Of a DNA stretch of 58,428 nt, positions 39,211 to 47,873 are shown one piece after another. The DNA comes from a virus (taxonomy: Duplodnaviria > Caudoviricetes), in IMG/VR virus record IMGVR_UViG_3300037634_006328, positions 1-58,428 of that record; one strand, given 5' to 3'. The notes below the pieces were generated by a model. That model had not been told where the DNA came from, ran no database searches, and saw only the letters and a program-made list of their open reading frames with translations. Numbering within the stretch: position 1 is the first letter of the stretch; each line of letters opens with the position of its first letter. Made by a program: the position numbers and the translations under genes.

Positions 39211-40140
39211 ATGAATAAACGTTGGCGGGAATTTCAATCCACGATAAATGAATTGGAAGCTTTTCAGAAGAAGGTGAGAAAGAACCACTCTAAAGAAAAG
39301 AAGAGGCTGATCGGCAACGGCGGGAATGAAAATTCACCACCTTTCTCTCGAAAACCGAATTATAAAAGAGCAGAAAGTGCTCCTCCGGGCTTCAATGTGG
39401 TTGGCGAAGCCTTGCAAGAAGAAATAAACGATTCAGTTATGAAAAGCTTTCGACTTAAAAAGGTCTTGGCCCCCATGCTTTGGGATAGGAAAGTTTTGAA
39501 AGACGAGATTAGAGAAAAGCTTATCGAAATTGCGAAAGACTTTTCAAAAGATTGGCCATTTGAACTCGGAGAGGAGGATATACTTCTAACAGGTTCTATT
39601 GCAAACTATAATTGGTCCGAATATTCCGATATTGATTTACATATATTGGTTGACTACGATAAGATTGAGCATGATCGTGAATTAGTTTCTGAATATTTCC
39701 ACAAAGCCGCAACCGTCTGGAATGAACGTCATGATATTTTAATCAAAAATCATGAAGTTGAGATATATGTCCAAGATGTGGCCGAAGAACACTTTTCAAC
39801 CGGGGTTTACTCTCTGTTAACTGAAAAATGGCTCCACAAGCCAGATAGGGTTGTAATGCCATTGGATACCGATCTGATTCAGCAAAAGGCTGAAATGCAA
39901 ATTTCAAAGATTGACACCATTCAACAGATGATGGACTCTGGCGATGTGGAAGAAGCGCACGATATGACCCAAAGGTTGAAGAAAAAGATGAGAAAGATGC
40001 GTCAGACTGGCTTGGAAGATGAGGGGACGTATTCAGTTGAGAATATGGTCTTTAAAGTCTTGCGCCGTACTGGTGAACTTGAAAGGCTGTCCAACCTTAA
40101 AGATGGCTCATATGATCGAATGATGGGAGTTGAGCAATAA
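39211..40140 (+). CDS. Pol-beta superfamily nucleotidyltransferase
   Basis: LTGSIANYNWSEYSDIDLH, VEIYVQD; late motif at 39186. Confidence 0.75.
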   Translation: MNKRWREFQSTINELEAFQKKVRKNHSKEKKRLIGNGGNENSPPFSRKPNYKRAESAPPGFNVVGEALQEEINDSVMKSFRLKKVLAPMLWDRKVLKDEIREKLIEIAKDFSKDWPFELGEEDILLTGSIANYNWSEYSDIDLHILVDYDKIEHDRELVSEYFHKAATVWNERHDILIKNHEVEIYVQDVAEEHFSTGVYSLLTEKWLHKPDRVVMPLDTDLIQQKAEMQISKIDTIQQMMDSGDVEEAHDMTQRLKKKMRKMRQTGLEDEGTYSVENMVFKVLRRTGELERLSNLKDGSYDRMMGVEQ

Positions 40141-40568
40141 TGGGGGAACGAACTTTGTCTGAATCATCCGACCTTGAAAGAAGAATATTCGAAAAAATCG
40201 ATAGTTCTATTGAGAAGGTTACAAATAAAATGGAAGTGTTCCGATCGGAAACAAATGCATCGGTGACCGAGATTAAGTCTAGTTTGGCCGGATACACTGC
40301 CAAGGCGGAATCTCTAGAATCTAGTGTAGCAGAAGGGAAGCGGGCAGATGCTGAATTGGAGCATCGCATACGTGTTGTAGAGAATTGGAAGGTCAAATAT
40401 GAAAGTGCCAATGAAGTGAGGGATAAGAGACAGGATCACAACCTTTCCATTCAAGCCAAGGTGGTTGGTACGATTTTATCGGCTCTGATCATATCTGCGA
40501 CCAGTGCGCTGTTGACGATTTGGGCTTCCGGTCTTGTCAAGACTGCTGTCGCCGGGCCTTTGCCGTAA
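40140..40568 (+). CDS. coiled-coil protein with C-terminal transmembrane helix
   Basis: Coiled coil followed by a hydrophobic segment; holin-like or membrane role is uncertain. Confidence 0.5.
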   Translation: MGERTLSESSDLERRIFEKIDSSIEKVTNKMEVFRSETNASVTEIKSSLAGYTAKAESLESSVAEGKRADAELEHRIRVVENWKVKYESANEVRDKRQDHNLSIQAKVVGTILSALIISATSALLTIWASGLVKTAVAGPLP

Positions 40569-40707
40569 ATTTACTTGACACAACGCCCTTTTATGCTATA
40601 TGTGTGCGCGTGTCTCTTTATTGTGCGCGTACATGGTGTAAAGAAAATGTTTTCCCGGTTGACAACTCCAGTCTGCCGGGATACTTGTATAGTATGGAAG
40701 AAATAAA

Positions 40708-40974
40708 ATGGAACAGGACACGAAAGATAGGGCATCCAGAGAGAGGGAGAAGATCGAATTTCCCTTGACTTTAATGATATCCGACGCAGAGTTGTTTGTA
40801 GCAGAAGTAGAAACTATACGAACCTTTAACGCGACGTTTAAGAAAAAGACCCTAGAAAGCTTATATGATGATTCCCCCCCATATGATCTGAATGCATATG
40901 GTCGTCAAGTAGTCACAAGAAAGGTAATAAAGACAAGGAGGGTGTTAGATGTCCCACAAATCGATAGAGTTTGA
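40708..40974 (+). CDS. hypothetical protein
   Basis: Downstream of TTGACA promoter-like sites at 40576 and 40659. Confidence 0.45.
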   Translation: MEQDTKDRASREREKIEFPLTLMISDAELFVAEVETIRTFNATFKKKTLESLYDDSPPYDLNAYGRQVVTRKVIKTRRVLDVPQIDRV

Positions 40975-41126
40975 AGGTTTTTCCAAACGCTTGAAGATAG
41001 CGGAGAGTCAATAGCCAGTAACTACTGGTGTATAAAATTTAGTCATCGTTGAAAGAATTCGAAGTTGATGGTTTATCATTCTGGTTGAAAACACTACTTA
41101 AAACAGGGGCGAGGGGGGACGCAAAT

Positions 41127-41627
41127 ATGACACTAGGAGAATACAAAACTCTAAAACTTGATGCCTCGTGGCGTCCGGTGGCGGTGACTTCGGCCACAGA
41201 GGCTTTGATCCTTGTTATGAGTGGGAAGGCACAGGTACTAGAAACATGGGAACGCAAAATTAGTTCAGTGAATTCTTCTTTCGCATTGCCTGCGGTTATT
41301 GTTCTTGGTAAATATGTCCGGAAGAAGAAATTCAAGGTTCGCTGTACGCGAAAGAACGTCTTGTGGAGAGATAAACATACCTGTCAATACTGTGGTTTAG
41401 GTGGGTTGCGATTGACTCTCGATCATGTCTTTCCGCGCTCTAGGGGCGGTATTAAGACATGGACTAATATTGTGGCAGCCTGTATCCACTGTAATCAGCG
41501 GAAGGCTGATAAGACCCCAAAGGAAGCGAATATGAAGCTCCTGAAGGAGCCATCGAAACCGACGCTAAGCGCGTGGACCGAACATATCGATGCTCCAGGG
41601 GGAGAGTTATGGAAGAAATATATCTAG
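41127..41627 (+). CDS. HNH endonuclease
   Basis: RD.HTCQYCG...TLDHVFPRSRGG..TWTNIVAAC..CN..K. Confidence 0.92.
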   Translation: MTLGEYKTLKLDASWRPVAVTSATEALILVMSGKAQVLETWERKISSVNSSFALPAVIVLGKYVRKKKFKVRCTRKNVLWRDKHTCQYCGLGGLRLTLDHVFPRSRGGIKTWTNIVAACIHCNQRKADKTPKEANMKLLKEPSKPTLSAWTEHIDAPGGELWKKYI

Positions 41628-41830
41628 AGCTTAAGAGGGGTGATTTGATTGTTTACCAATATCATGACACATCGCCAGAATATGCTATTTTTTTGTGGGA
41701 AGAAGTGAACACGACAGGTCCCCATACCCATAGAACATATTGGTGCTATAGCTTGAATCCAGTAGCGCGCCGCCCCAACGTAGATTATTTTTGTGAAAAT
41801 GATTTTAAACACATTACCAAATTAACTTGA
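41609..41830 (+). CDS. small KOW/SH3-like hypothetical protein
   Basis: LKRGDLIV motif. Confidence 0.5.
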   Translation: MEEIYLELKRGDLIVYQYHDTSPEYAIFLWEEVNTTGPHTHRTYWCYSLNPVARRPNVDYFCENDFKHITKLT

Positions 41831-41839
41831 GGCGATAGA

Positions 41840-42019
41840 ATGTTGCAACCTTGGGAAATTGAAGAGCTTGAGAAGACTCGAAAGGACAAAGAAAAGGTTT
41901 CACAAATACCTTTGTATGCGCCACTGTACCCTTCATATGAAGAGTACCCCGAACGGAAGGACGAGTCAGAAAACAAGGAAGGGGAAAAAATTGATTATGA
42001 GATTAGCTATGAACTTTGA
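41840..42019 (+). CDS. 59-aa acidic hypothetical protein (not in ORF track)
   Basis: GAGG RBS; MLQPWEIEELEK... Confidence 0.5.
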   Translation: MLQPWEIEELEKTRKDKEKVSQIPLYAPLYPSYEEYPERKDESENKEGEKIDYEISYEL

Positions 42020-42114
42020 AAGTTCGGTACGATAAGTTTTTTCCTTGTTAAGAAGAAGAAAAGTGCTTGACAAGTTGCGTCAACGTGGTATATTATGAGT
42101 GTAGAAAAGAATTA

Positions 42115-42197
42115 GGCTTCGTGGTTGGAATTGGTATACACGAGACACTCAAAATGTCTTGCCTTCGGGCATGCGGGTTCGACTCCCGCCGAAGTCA
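42115..42197 (+). tRNA. tRNA-Leu(CAA)
   Basis: Acceptor GGCTTCG/CGAAGTC, anticodon arm AGACA-CTCAAAA-TGTCT, long variable arm, GGTTCGACTCC. Confidence 0.92.
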
Positions 42198-42213
42198 CTT
42201 TGAAAGAGGGGAA

Positions 42214-42822
42214 ATGGCTTATATTTTGGCTTTGATGCTGGCGTCTTGCATCACGGATAACGATAAGGATGGCGAACTTGTCGACAGCTTATCATTCGTG
42301 GATAGTGAAATACCGTATGTCGAACCACCAGTGTTTGATACCGCACCATCCGTGATGGACTCGTCTGTGGTTGAATTTGAAGAATGTGTAATTACCGGCC
42401 AGAATATAACAATTGGTTTGTCGCATCAAACCATCTTCGATTACAAAATTCAAATTGAAGGCTGTATCTCTTCTTTGGAGCTTGAAGTGGTCGTGGTCTT
42501 CTATGGTGAGAATTATGCAGGGGATGTGGTTTGTGGCGAAGCTGTTGTGTTTAACTCGGTGGCAACACAGCCTTCAGTACCCTGTAGTTGGTGTGACTTC
42601 GGACACGATGTGGATTTTGCCCCAATACACACAAACTTGTTCCCTCGATGCCCCGGCTTCTCAATCGACGATAACTGGTGGGACGGGATTGGGTACAACC
42701 AAGGCTCCTCTTTGTTGCTCATGGGGGATTACAGTCACCATGATTTATGGGATGCGATTCCGGTCAACGAGACACAGGAGCTTTTCAAAAACAACGCAGT
42801 TCATTTTACTTTCGTTGAATAA
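42214..42822 (+). CDS. putative lipoprotein, Cys-rich and acidic
   Basis: MAYILALMLASC lipobox; true start is after the tRNA (track start 42067 overlaps it). Confidence 0.6.
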   Translation: MAYILALMLASCITDNDKDGELVDSLSFVDSEIPYVEPPVFDTAPSVMDSSVVEFEECVITGQNITIGLSHQTIFDYKIQIEGCISSLELEVVVVFYGENYAGDVVCGEAVVFNSVATQPSVPCSWCDFGHDVDFAPIHTNLFPRCPGFSIDDNWWDGIGYNQGSSLLLMGDYSHHDLWDAIPVNETQELFKNNAVHFTFVE

Positions 42823-42977
42823 AGACAAGACAACTGACAACCCTTTGTTCTGACTGACTATGTACTAGAACATGTTGTGAAAGCCTTCAGAGAATGGCAA
42901 GTAGTATTCAGATCATTGACAACTTAAATAAGTTTTGGAACGTGTGTGAAGGGTGAGATCCGCTTGCCCTTCACTTT

Positions 42978-43046
42978 GCGGGTGCTTCAAGGTGAAGGCT
43001 TTGGTTGCCAATCAGAGATAGGTCAGTTCGATTCTGATCACCCGCT
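42978..43046 (+). tRNA. tRNA-Gly(GCC)
   Basis: GCGGGTG/CACCCGC acceptor, CTTC/GAAG D-stem, loop TTGCCAA, TTCGATT T-loop. Confidence 0.82.
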
Positions 43047-43063
43047 TTTCCGTTGGAGAGTGC

Positions 43064-43342
43064 TTGAATACTAGAAGGTTTAAATTCGAAGAAGGTGAAC
43101 TGATTGTCTTCAGAAAAAAGAAGACCGCGAAGACCATGGTTTCGCTGAACCGGATCGTGACTCACACCGTGCAGGATGGAACATTTCTAATTATTGCCAA
43201 GACTTTCCGCAGACCTCGGGGCTGGTATGGACCGCACACCCGACCAGAAAGGGAAAATTGGTATATCGTCTTCGATCCGAAGACGATAAAAAACCACACA
43301 TTCAGCGAAGAGATTCTTCGCTTTAGCGAGAAACCAAGATGA
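43064..43342 (+). CDS. small KOW/SH3-like hypothetical protein
   Basis: GGAGA RBS with TTG start; FEEGELIV. Confidence 0.5.
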   Translation: MNTRRFKFEEGELIVFRKKKTAKTMVSLNRIVTHTVQDGTFLIIAKTFRRPRGWYGPHTRPERENWYIVFDPKTIKNHTFSEEILRFSEKPR

Positions 43343-43956
43343 AATATCTATTTTTAGATTTTGATGGCGTGATATGCACCGCCAAATCATACAAACAAGG
43401 CGACAAACAATGGCAGAGAGACGGACGCCCTGCCGCATTAGGGCATAAACAAGGTGACAATTACGGCTTCGCCTCTGACTGTCGCGGCGACAGTGCTTAC
43501 AATTGCGGACCCTATCGAATCGACGCAGAGCTTGCAAAAGACGTTCAGAAGATTTGTGACACCCAAGACCAGATCGTAATCGTGCTTTCCACAACGTGGC
43601 GAAGACTTTATGAATTGAAACATCTTCGGATATGGCTCAATGAGAAAGGTATCACTGCACCAATCGTTGGCAGGACGGACCTGTTCTATTTGAAAGAGCT
43701 TGACGAATACGAAAGAGGTCATTTGATTCAGCGTTGGTGCCAGGACAATGGTGTTCCGATTGAGGATATCGTAATCCTTGATGATAATGAGATTCTTGAC
43801 CCTAACGATGAAAGGGGGAGATATCTCCCCATTGCTAGTCAGTTCGTTCATATCAAGAAAGGCTGGTCTTCTGGTGGGATAACCCAGAAGCACATCAATC
43901 AAGCAATTGGGATATTGGAAGGTAACCTATCGCAAGTTAACAAGCAGTTGACTTGA
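43339..43956 (+). CDS. HAD-family protein (Swiss-army-knife RNA-repair type)
   Basis: YLFLDFDGVI, IVLSTTWR, ERG..I..W, IVILDD. Confidence 0.8.
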   Translation: MKYLFLDFDGVICTAKSYKQGDKQWQRDGRPAALGHKQGDNYGFASDCRGDSAYNCGPYRIDAELAKDVQKICDTQDQIVIVLSTTWRRLYELKHLRIWLNEKGITAPIVGRTDLFYLKELDEYERGHLIQRWCQDNGVPIEDIVILDDNEILDPNDERGRYLPIASQFVHIKKGWSSGGITQKHINQAIGILEGNLSQVNKQLT

Positions 43957-44002
43957 CAGATCGCCTCAATCGGATACATTATATGTGTCGAAGGGGATAT
44001 AT

Positions 44003-44073
44003 TGGGATATAGTGTAACGGCAGCACAAGAGACTTTGAATCTCTCGGTTCAGGTTCAAATCCTGATATCCCTT
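44003..44073 (+). tRNA. tRNA-Gln(UUG)
   Basis: AGAGA-CTTTGAA-TCTCT anticodon arm; GGTTCAAATCC. Confidence 0.9.
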
Positions 44074-44081
44074 CTTTTGAG

Positions 44082-44282
44082 GTGCAGGTGAAAGAGCAGG
44101 AACTAACACTTAAGCAAGCCGAAATAATGCTTTCACAATTGAAGATGATGCTTGATCGTCACGAAACTCCCGAAGCTTGGCAGCAATACTATCTCGTGAA
44201 GCAGCTTGCCAGACTTCTTAAAGAAAAGAGCGAATCATGGTTTCAGAAATATGATCGAATCATGGGGGAGAAGAAGCGGTGA
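44082..44282 (+). CDS. hypothetical protein
   Basis: 66-aa ORF with GAGG RBS. Confidence 0.45.
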   Translation: MQVKEQELTLKQAEIMLSQLKMMLDRHETPEAWQQYYLVKQLARLLKEKSESWFQKYDRIMGEKKR

Positions 44283-44407
44283 TATGCGCCTGCGAAGACT
44301 ATGTATATGTAAACCGTTTGTAAAGCCACTTGACAACTGGCGTGAGCGTGATACATTATAGATGTGAAGAGACACATTTTTAAACAACTAGTACAAACAA
44401 TTATTAT

Positions 44408-44768
44408 GGGCCTGAAAGGATTCGACGGGGCAACTAGAAGGAATAGTGCAAGCCGCCAACTGTAACAAAAGGCGTAAACTTCGTTATAAACGCATAACTG
44501 CAAACAACAACAACAACTTCGAAATCGCTCTAGCGGCGTGATCAAGTTCATTCTCTCCTAGAGAGAATGCGGGGCTTCTAAAAGCCTTGTATCCAATTTC
44601 AGATATCAGCTAACCCTGTGAAAATAAAGGTTCAAGGTGCAACAGTCCAGTGAGCACCGGGAATGTACTGGATATTTTGTTAATTGAGGAAACAATTGAC
44701 CATGCTTGTGGATGACTTGAAATTTGAACGGTCTCGGACCCGGCTATCGTATGCCGGCAGGTCCACCA
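44408..44768 (+). ncRNA. ssrA: tmRNA (ssrA) with tag ANNNNNFEIALAA*
   Basis: 5' GGGCCTGAAAGGATTCGACGGGG; 3' CAGGTCCACCA; G3.U alanine identity pair; ATAACT|GCA resume codon at 44500; stop TGA 44539-44541. Confidence 0.93.
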
Positions 44769-44785
44769 TTTTATAAAGAGGGAAT

Positions 44786-45091
44786 ATGGAACAAGAAGCA
44801 ACAATGAAAATGATCGGTGCTGCGTTAACTTTGGCGATCTTTTCTTCGTCCTCGTTGTATCTCATGATGCGCGCACCCGACAAGACTCAATACTATGAGC
44901 CTACGATTCGAAAAGATTTTGTTTGTGGGCACGAGTGGCTTCCCGAACCCATTACAGAGCCGTCGGGCGGCGAGGTCGACTATCCGATCATAACCATCGG
45001 TCTTGACGGCGGGCTCCGTGTAGAGGTATCTCCGGGCGTTACAGTCGATTCTCTCACCGGACAGGTCGACTACAATTTTGAGCGTCGGTGA
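44786..45091 (+). CDS. membrane-anchored hypothetical protein
   Basis: N-terminal hydrophobic helix. Confidence 0.5.
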   Translation: MEQEATMKMIGAALTLAIFSSSSLYLMMRAPDKTQYYEPTIRKDFVCGHEWLPEPITEPSGGEVDYPIITIGLDGGLRVEVSPGVTVDSLTGQVDYNFERR

Positions 45092-45300
45092 ACATCGTGG
45101 GAAGGATCGCTAGTCGTTGGTATCGAACCGATCAAGGTGGGTTCAAAATCCAAGTCATTGATGACGGGAATTTGATTCACTTGAAGTTTGCCGATCAGTA
45201 TACATTCAGCATGGGTAAAAAACAATTCCTTGATTTCTCGGAAATGATTGCGTTTGCTGACAAGGTGGTGTTAAATGAGATCGAATTACCAGAAAGGTGA
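45088..45300 (+). CDS. hypothetical protein
   Basis: GTGA coupling. Confidence 0.45.
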   Translation: MNIVGRIASRWYRTDQGGFKIQVIDDGNLIHLKFADQYTFSMGKKQFLDFSEMIAFADKVVLNEIELPER

Positions 45301-45472
45301 GTTGTTGATTTATCGGCATGTATATAAACAAGATTTCAGGTTTTGTGTATACATAGGTCCTTCGCCTTCAAGCACGTCGCCATCCTCGATTCCACTTTTT
45401 CCTCATAGGGTTTTCTTTATTGATGTTCAGTTGGTTGGGCGCGCCATGGGTGTTGAGTTAACACAACCTTGA
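45275..45472 (+). CDS. small KOW/SH3-like hypothetical protein
   Basis: YQKGELLI; stop lies in a TTGAC box. Confidence 0.45.
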   Translation: MRSNYQKGELLIYRHVYKQDFRFCVYIGPSPSSTSPSSIPLFPHRVFFIDVQLVGRAMGVELTQP

Positions 45473-45521
45473 CTTGACAAACTCGGTCGGCAGGTTACAT
45501 TATAAGTGTAAGAAGAAATAC

Positions 45522-45593
45522 GCCGCTAAAGCATTTATGGTGATGCATTGGTTTTGTAATCCAAAGAATGGAGTTCAAGTCTTCATTGCGGCA
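45522..45593 (+). tRNA. tRNA-Thr(UGU)
   Basis: GCCGC acceptor, GCAT/ATGC D-stem, loop TTTGTAA, GTTCAAGTC; some mismatches. Confidence 0.8.
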
Positions 45594-45628
45594 TAGACGG
45601 CACATGAACCAGAGAGGGTGTCTAAATT

Positions 45629-45865
45629 ATGGTAAAGAGTTTGTACACCAAGGGCGATCTTGTTCAGCATTATCTTTTTCGTTCGTTCGGGATTGTGGTT
45701 GATAGTCGAAGGACTGCCAGTCTAAGACTGGAGTATAGGGAATATAAAGTATTCTGGCTAAACCCCTCTCCAGTGTTGAAAGAACAGACACAATTGCGGT
45801 GGATTGATAGAAGTGCTATTGAATTAGTAGAAATAGAAAATGGTCCGACGAGGGGGGAGGAGTGA
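45629..45865 (+). CDS. small KOW/SH3-like hypothetical protein
   Basis: YTKGDLVQ...FGIVV...YKVFW. Confidence 0.55.
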   Translation: MVKSLYTKGDLVQHYLFRSFGIVVDSRRTASLRLEYREYKVFWLNPSPVLKEQTQLRWIDRSAIELVEIENGPTRGEE

Positions 45866-46068
45866 CTGAAAAGGATATTGGCTCTTTATATACAATATCG
45901 GGCGATTTTGCGATCTTAACGGGCTTTCGATGGATAGAAGGTCTTGAAGGTGAGTTTGCAACGTTTTTTATGATTGCTCCTAAAATTAAGTGGTACTATG
46001 TTAATGGACTTATGGATTTCGCCGTGGCACGCTTTGACGGCTTTGACGACATCGAAAAGCTTGCTTGA
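45862..46068 (+). CDS. hypothetical protein
   Basis: Coupled ORF; stop lies in a TTGACA box. Confidence 0.5.
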   Translation: MTEKDIGSLYTISGDFAILTGFRWIEGLEGEFATFFMIAPKIKWYYVNGLMDFAVARFDGFDDIEKLA

Positions 46069-46108
46069 CAGCCCCCTGACTTGACAAAACGATTCGATAG
46101 GTTACATT

Positions 46109-46402
46109 ATGAAGAAAGAAGATATCAAGTTGGGAGTCCTTCTAGTATCCTATATAGCTTCAGATTCGCGCCCACAGTATTCGGTGGTGGTAAAAGAGAA
46201 TGTTGATATTCCAAAATGGTCAAGCCATGACTGTCAACATGTGAATTTATATTTCCTTCATTCTCGTATGACGAAAACTTGGCCGATAAAATCCATTTTG
46301 AAAGAAAATACTTCTTCTTTTAGGGTTTTTTATTTGCCCAGTGAAATAAATAGTTGCGGGCCTATAGCTCAATTGGCAGAGCACCGGACTCTTAATCCGT
46401 AG
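46109..46402 (+). CDS. hypothetical protein (3' end overlaps tRNA-Lys)
   Basis: IKLGVLLV motif; start abuts the -10 box, so it is uncertain. Confidence 0.35.
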   Translation: MKKEDIKLGVLLVSYIASDSRPQYSVVVKENVDIPKWSSHDCQHVNLYFLHSRMTKTWPIKSILKENTSSFRVFYLPSEINSCGPIAQLAEHRTLNP

Positions 46403-46430
46403 GTTCTAGGTTCGATTCCTAGTGGGCCCA
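46358..46430 (+). tRNA. tRNA-Lys(CUU)
   Basis: GGGCCTA/TGGGCCC, AGCTCAATTGGCAGAGC, loop CTCTTAA, GGTTCGATTCC. Confidence 0.95.
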
Positions 46431-46462
46431 CACTTTTTTCTTAACTTGGGAAGAGAGACAAA

Positions 46463-46720
46463 ATGTCTTACATAATTGAATACTACTTCGCAAAAGAAGG
46501 TCCAGGTCTGATCCCTGGTTGGTATCGAAGTTCATTGTTCGATACATACAAAGAGGCGAAAGAGGATTTCGAAAGATTGAGGGGTAATCCCTCGGTATAT
46601 AAATATAGGCTTCGCAATACGGAGACTAACAAGATTAGGGGGGAATTTGAACACCCAGATCTGAACAAGTCCAAGCCTGTACGAAAGAAGCGTAAATATA
46701 CGCGAAAAAAGAAGACTTGA
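46463..46720 (+). CDS. hypothetical protein with basic C-terminus
   Basis: RBS; stop lies in a TTGACA box. Confidence 0.55.
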   Translation: MSYIIEYYFAKEGPGLIPGWYRSSLFDTYKEAKEDFERLRGNPSVYKYRLRNTETNKIRGEFEHPDLNKSKPVRKKRKYTRKKKT

Positions 46721-46769
46721 CAACCCCTTGACTTGACAAAACACGTCATTAGGTTACATTATTATATAT

Positions 46770-46843
46770 GCGCGGTTAGCATAACTGAATAATGCCTTCG
46801 GCTTCTACCCGAAATCATGGGGGTTTGAATCCCTCACCGCGTA
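46770..46843 (+). tRNA. tRNA-Arg(UCU)
   Basis: GCGCGGT/ACCGCGT, TTCGG-CTTCTAC-CCGAA, GGTTTGAATCC. Confidence 0.88.
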
Positions 46844-46933
46844 CTTTAATCAGAAGGCGACTTGAAGGTTGATGTGTTTAAGCATCTTTTCAAGACCCGC
46901 GAATCTCATTTGAATTTACTGGAGGATCATACA

Positions 46934-47309
46934 ATGAAAGGGAAAGATTTTTTACGAGGCTCGTGAACGTGCATTAAATAACGATCACGGATTCCATATC
47001 GCGGCTATTCTATATCGGAGGGGTAAACCTGTGACAATCTCGGTTAACTCATGGAAGCAGAAACCAAAGTATTTCCGATACTATTCCAAGGCTACTCGCC
47101 CTGGGCGAGCATATTGCCAACACGCAGAAATGAGCGCACTGGAGTCTGCAAAGCCTGGAGACAAGATCGAAGTCATACGCTTCAGGTGTGATGGTTCAAT
47201 TGGTTGTGCCAAACCCTGTCCGCATTGCGAGAAGCGTTTGCGAAAGCTGAACATCCGTGTCAGGTATACAAATCATGATGGAGAGTGGGAGTGGTTGACA
47301 ACCTCTTGA
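46934..47309 (+). CDS. cytidine/dCMP deaminase-like protein, frameshifted near its start
   Basis: HAE and AKPCPHC zinc motifs. The deaminase-like N-terminus (YEARERAL..HIAAIL) is open upstream of 47031, but the GGAGG+ATG at 46934 is one base out of frame. Confidence 0.7.
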
Positions 47310-47610
47310 CAGAGTCTTGACTTGACTTTTCGGTCCAGCATGATACATTATATGTGTAGAAAAGAGGAAGAGAAAGAAATGTTCACAGTATTCGGTTCGG
47401 TAATGGGCGTAGTTGGTACCATTTTCTTTGCGTCTGAAGTCAAGGCAAAGCATGCCTGTCGTTGCGATAAAGGTGAATGATGGCTTGGGTTATTTATGTT
47501 TGCCTTGACTGTAAGCGTGAATATGATCGCGAATGGTCAGATAGCTGGAAACGTGATATGAAGAGTCACGGATTGTGCGGCAAGTGTGCAGATAAGAGGG
47601 GTTTGAGGTA

Positions 47611-47778
47611 ATGAAGCCATTGCGCGGCGATTTGTTTTACTCTGAATATTCAGTTTTTTATATCTATCTCGGGCAGACTCGTTCAAAAATGTTCTTTTGG
47701 CGAATCAACGGCCATGGTAGTAGTAAGTTTCGCAATTTCACTCACCACTATGTCAAAAGACACATGACCCACGCTTAA
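47611..47778 (+). CDS. 55-aa KOW-like hypothetical protein (not in ORF track)
   Basis: GAGG RBS; LRGDLFY..YIYLG. Confidence 0.4.
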   Translation: MKPLRGDLFYSEYSVFYIYLGQTRSKMFFWRINGHGSSKFRNFTHHYVKRHMTHA

Positions 47779-47873
47779 AACGAATTGTCAACTGATCGTC
47801 AAGCCGCTTGTCAAGGCGGGAGGATCGGTTACATTATAAGGGTAAGAACAAGAAAGAAAAAACTCTTACCACA

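Noticed and set aside
41127-41627. HNH gene as a mobile intron or homing element
   Set aside because: It is free-standing, interrupts no gene, and has no intron-like flanks.
42067-42213. N-terminal extensions of track ORFs (42067, 55712, 50308, 54144, 36010, 26906)
   Set aside because: They run through tRNAs, promoters or upstream genes; downstream ATGs with an RBS are better starts.
44500-44520. (AAC)n microsatellite
   Set aside because: Explained as the Asn codons of the tmRNA tag.
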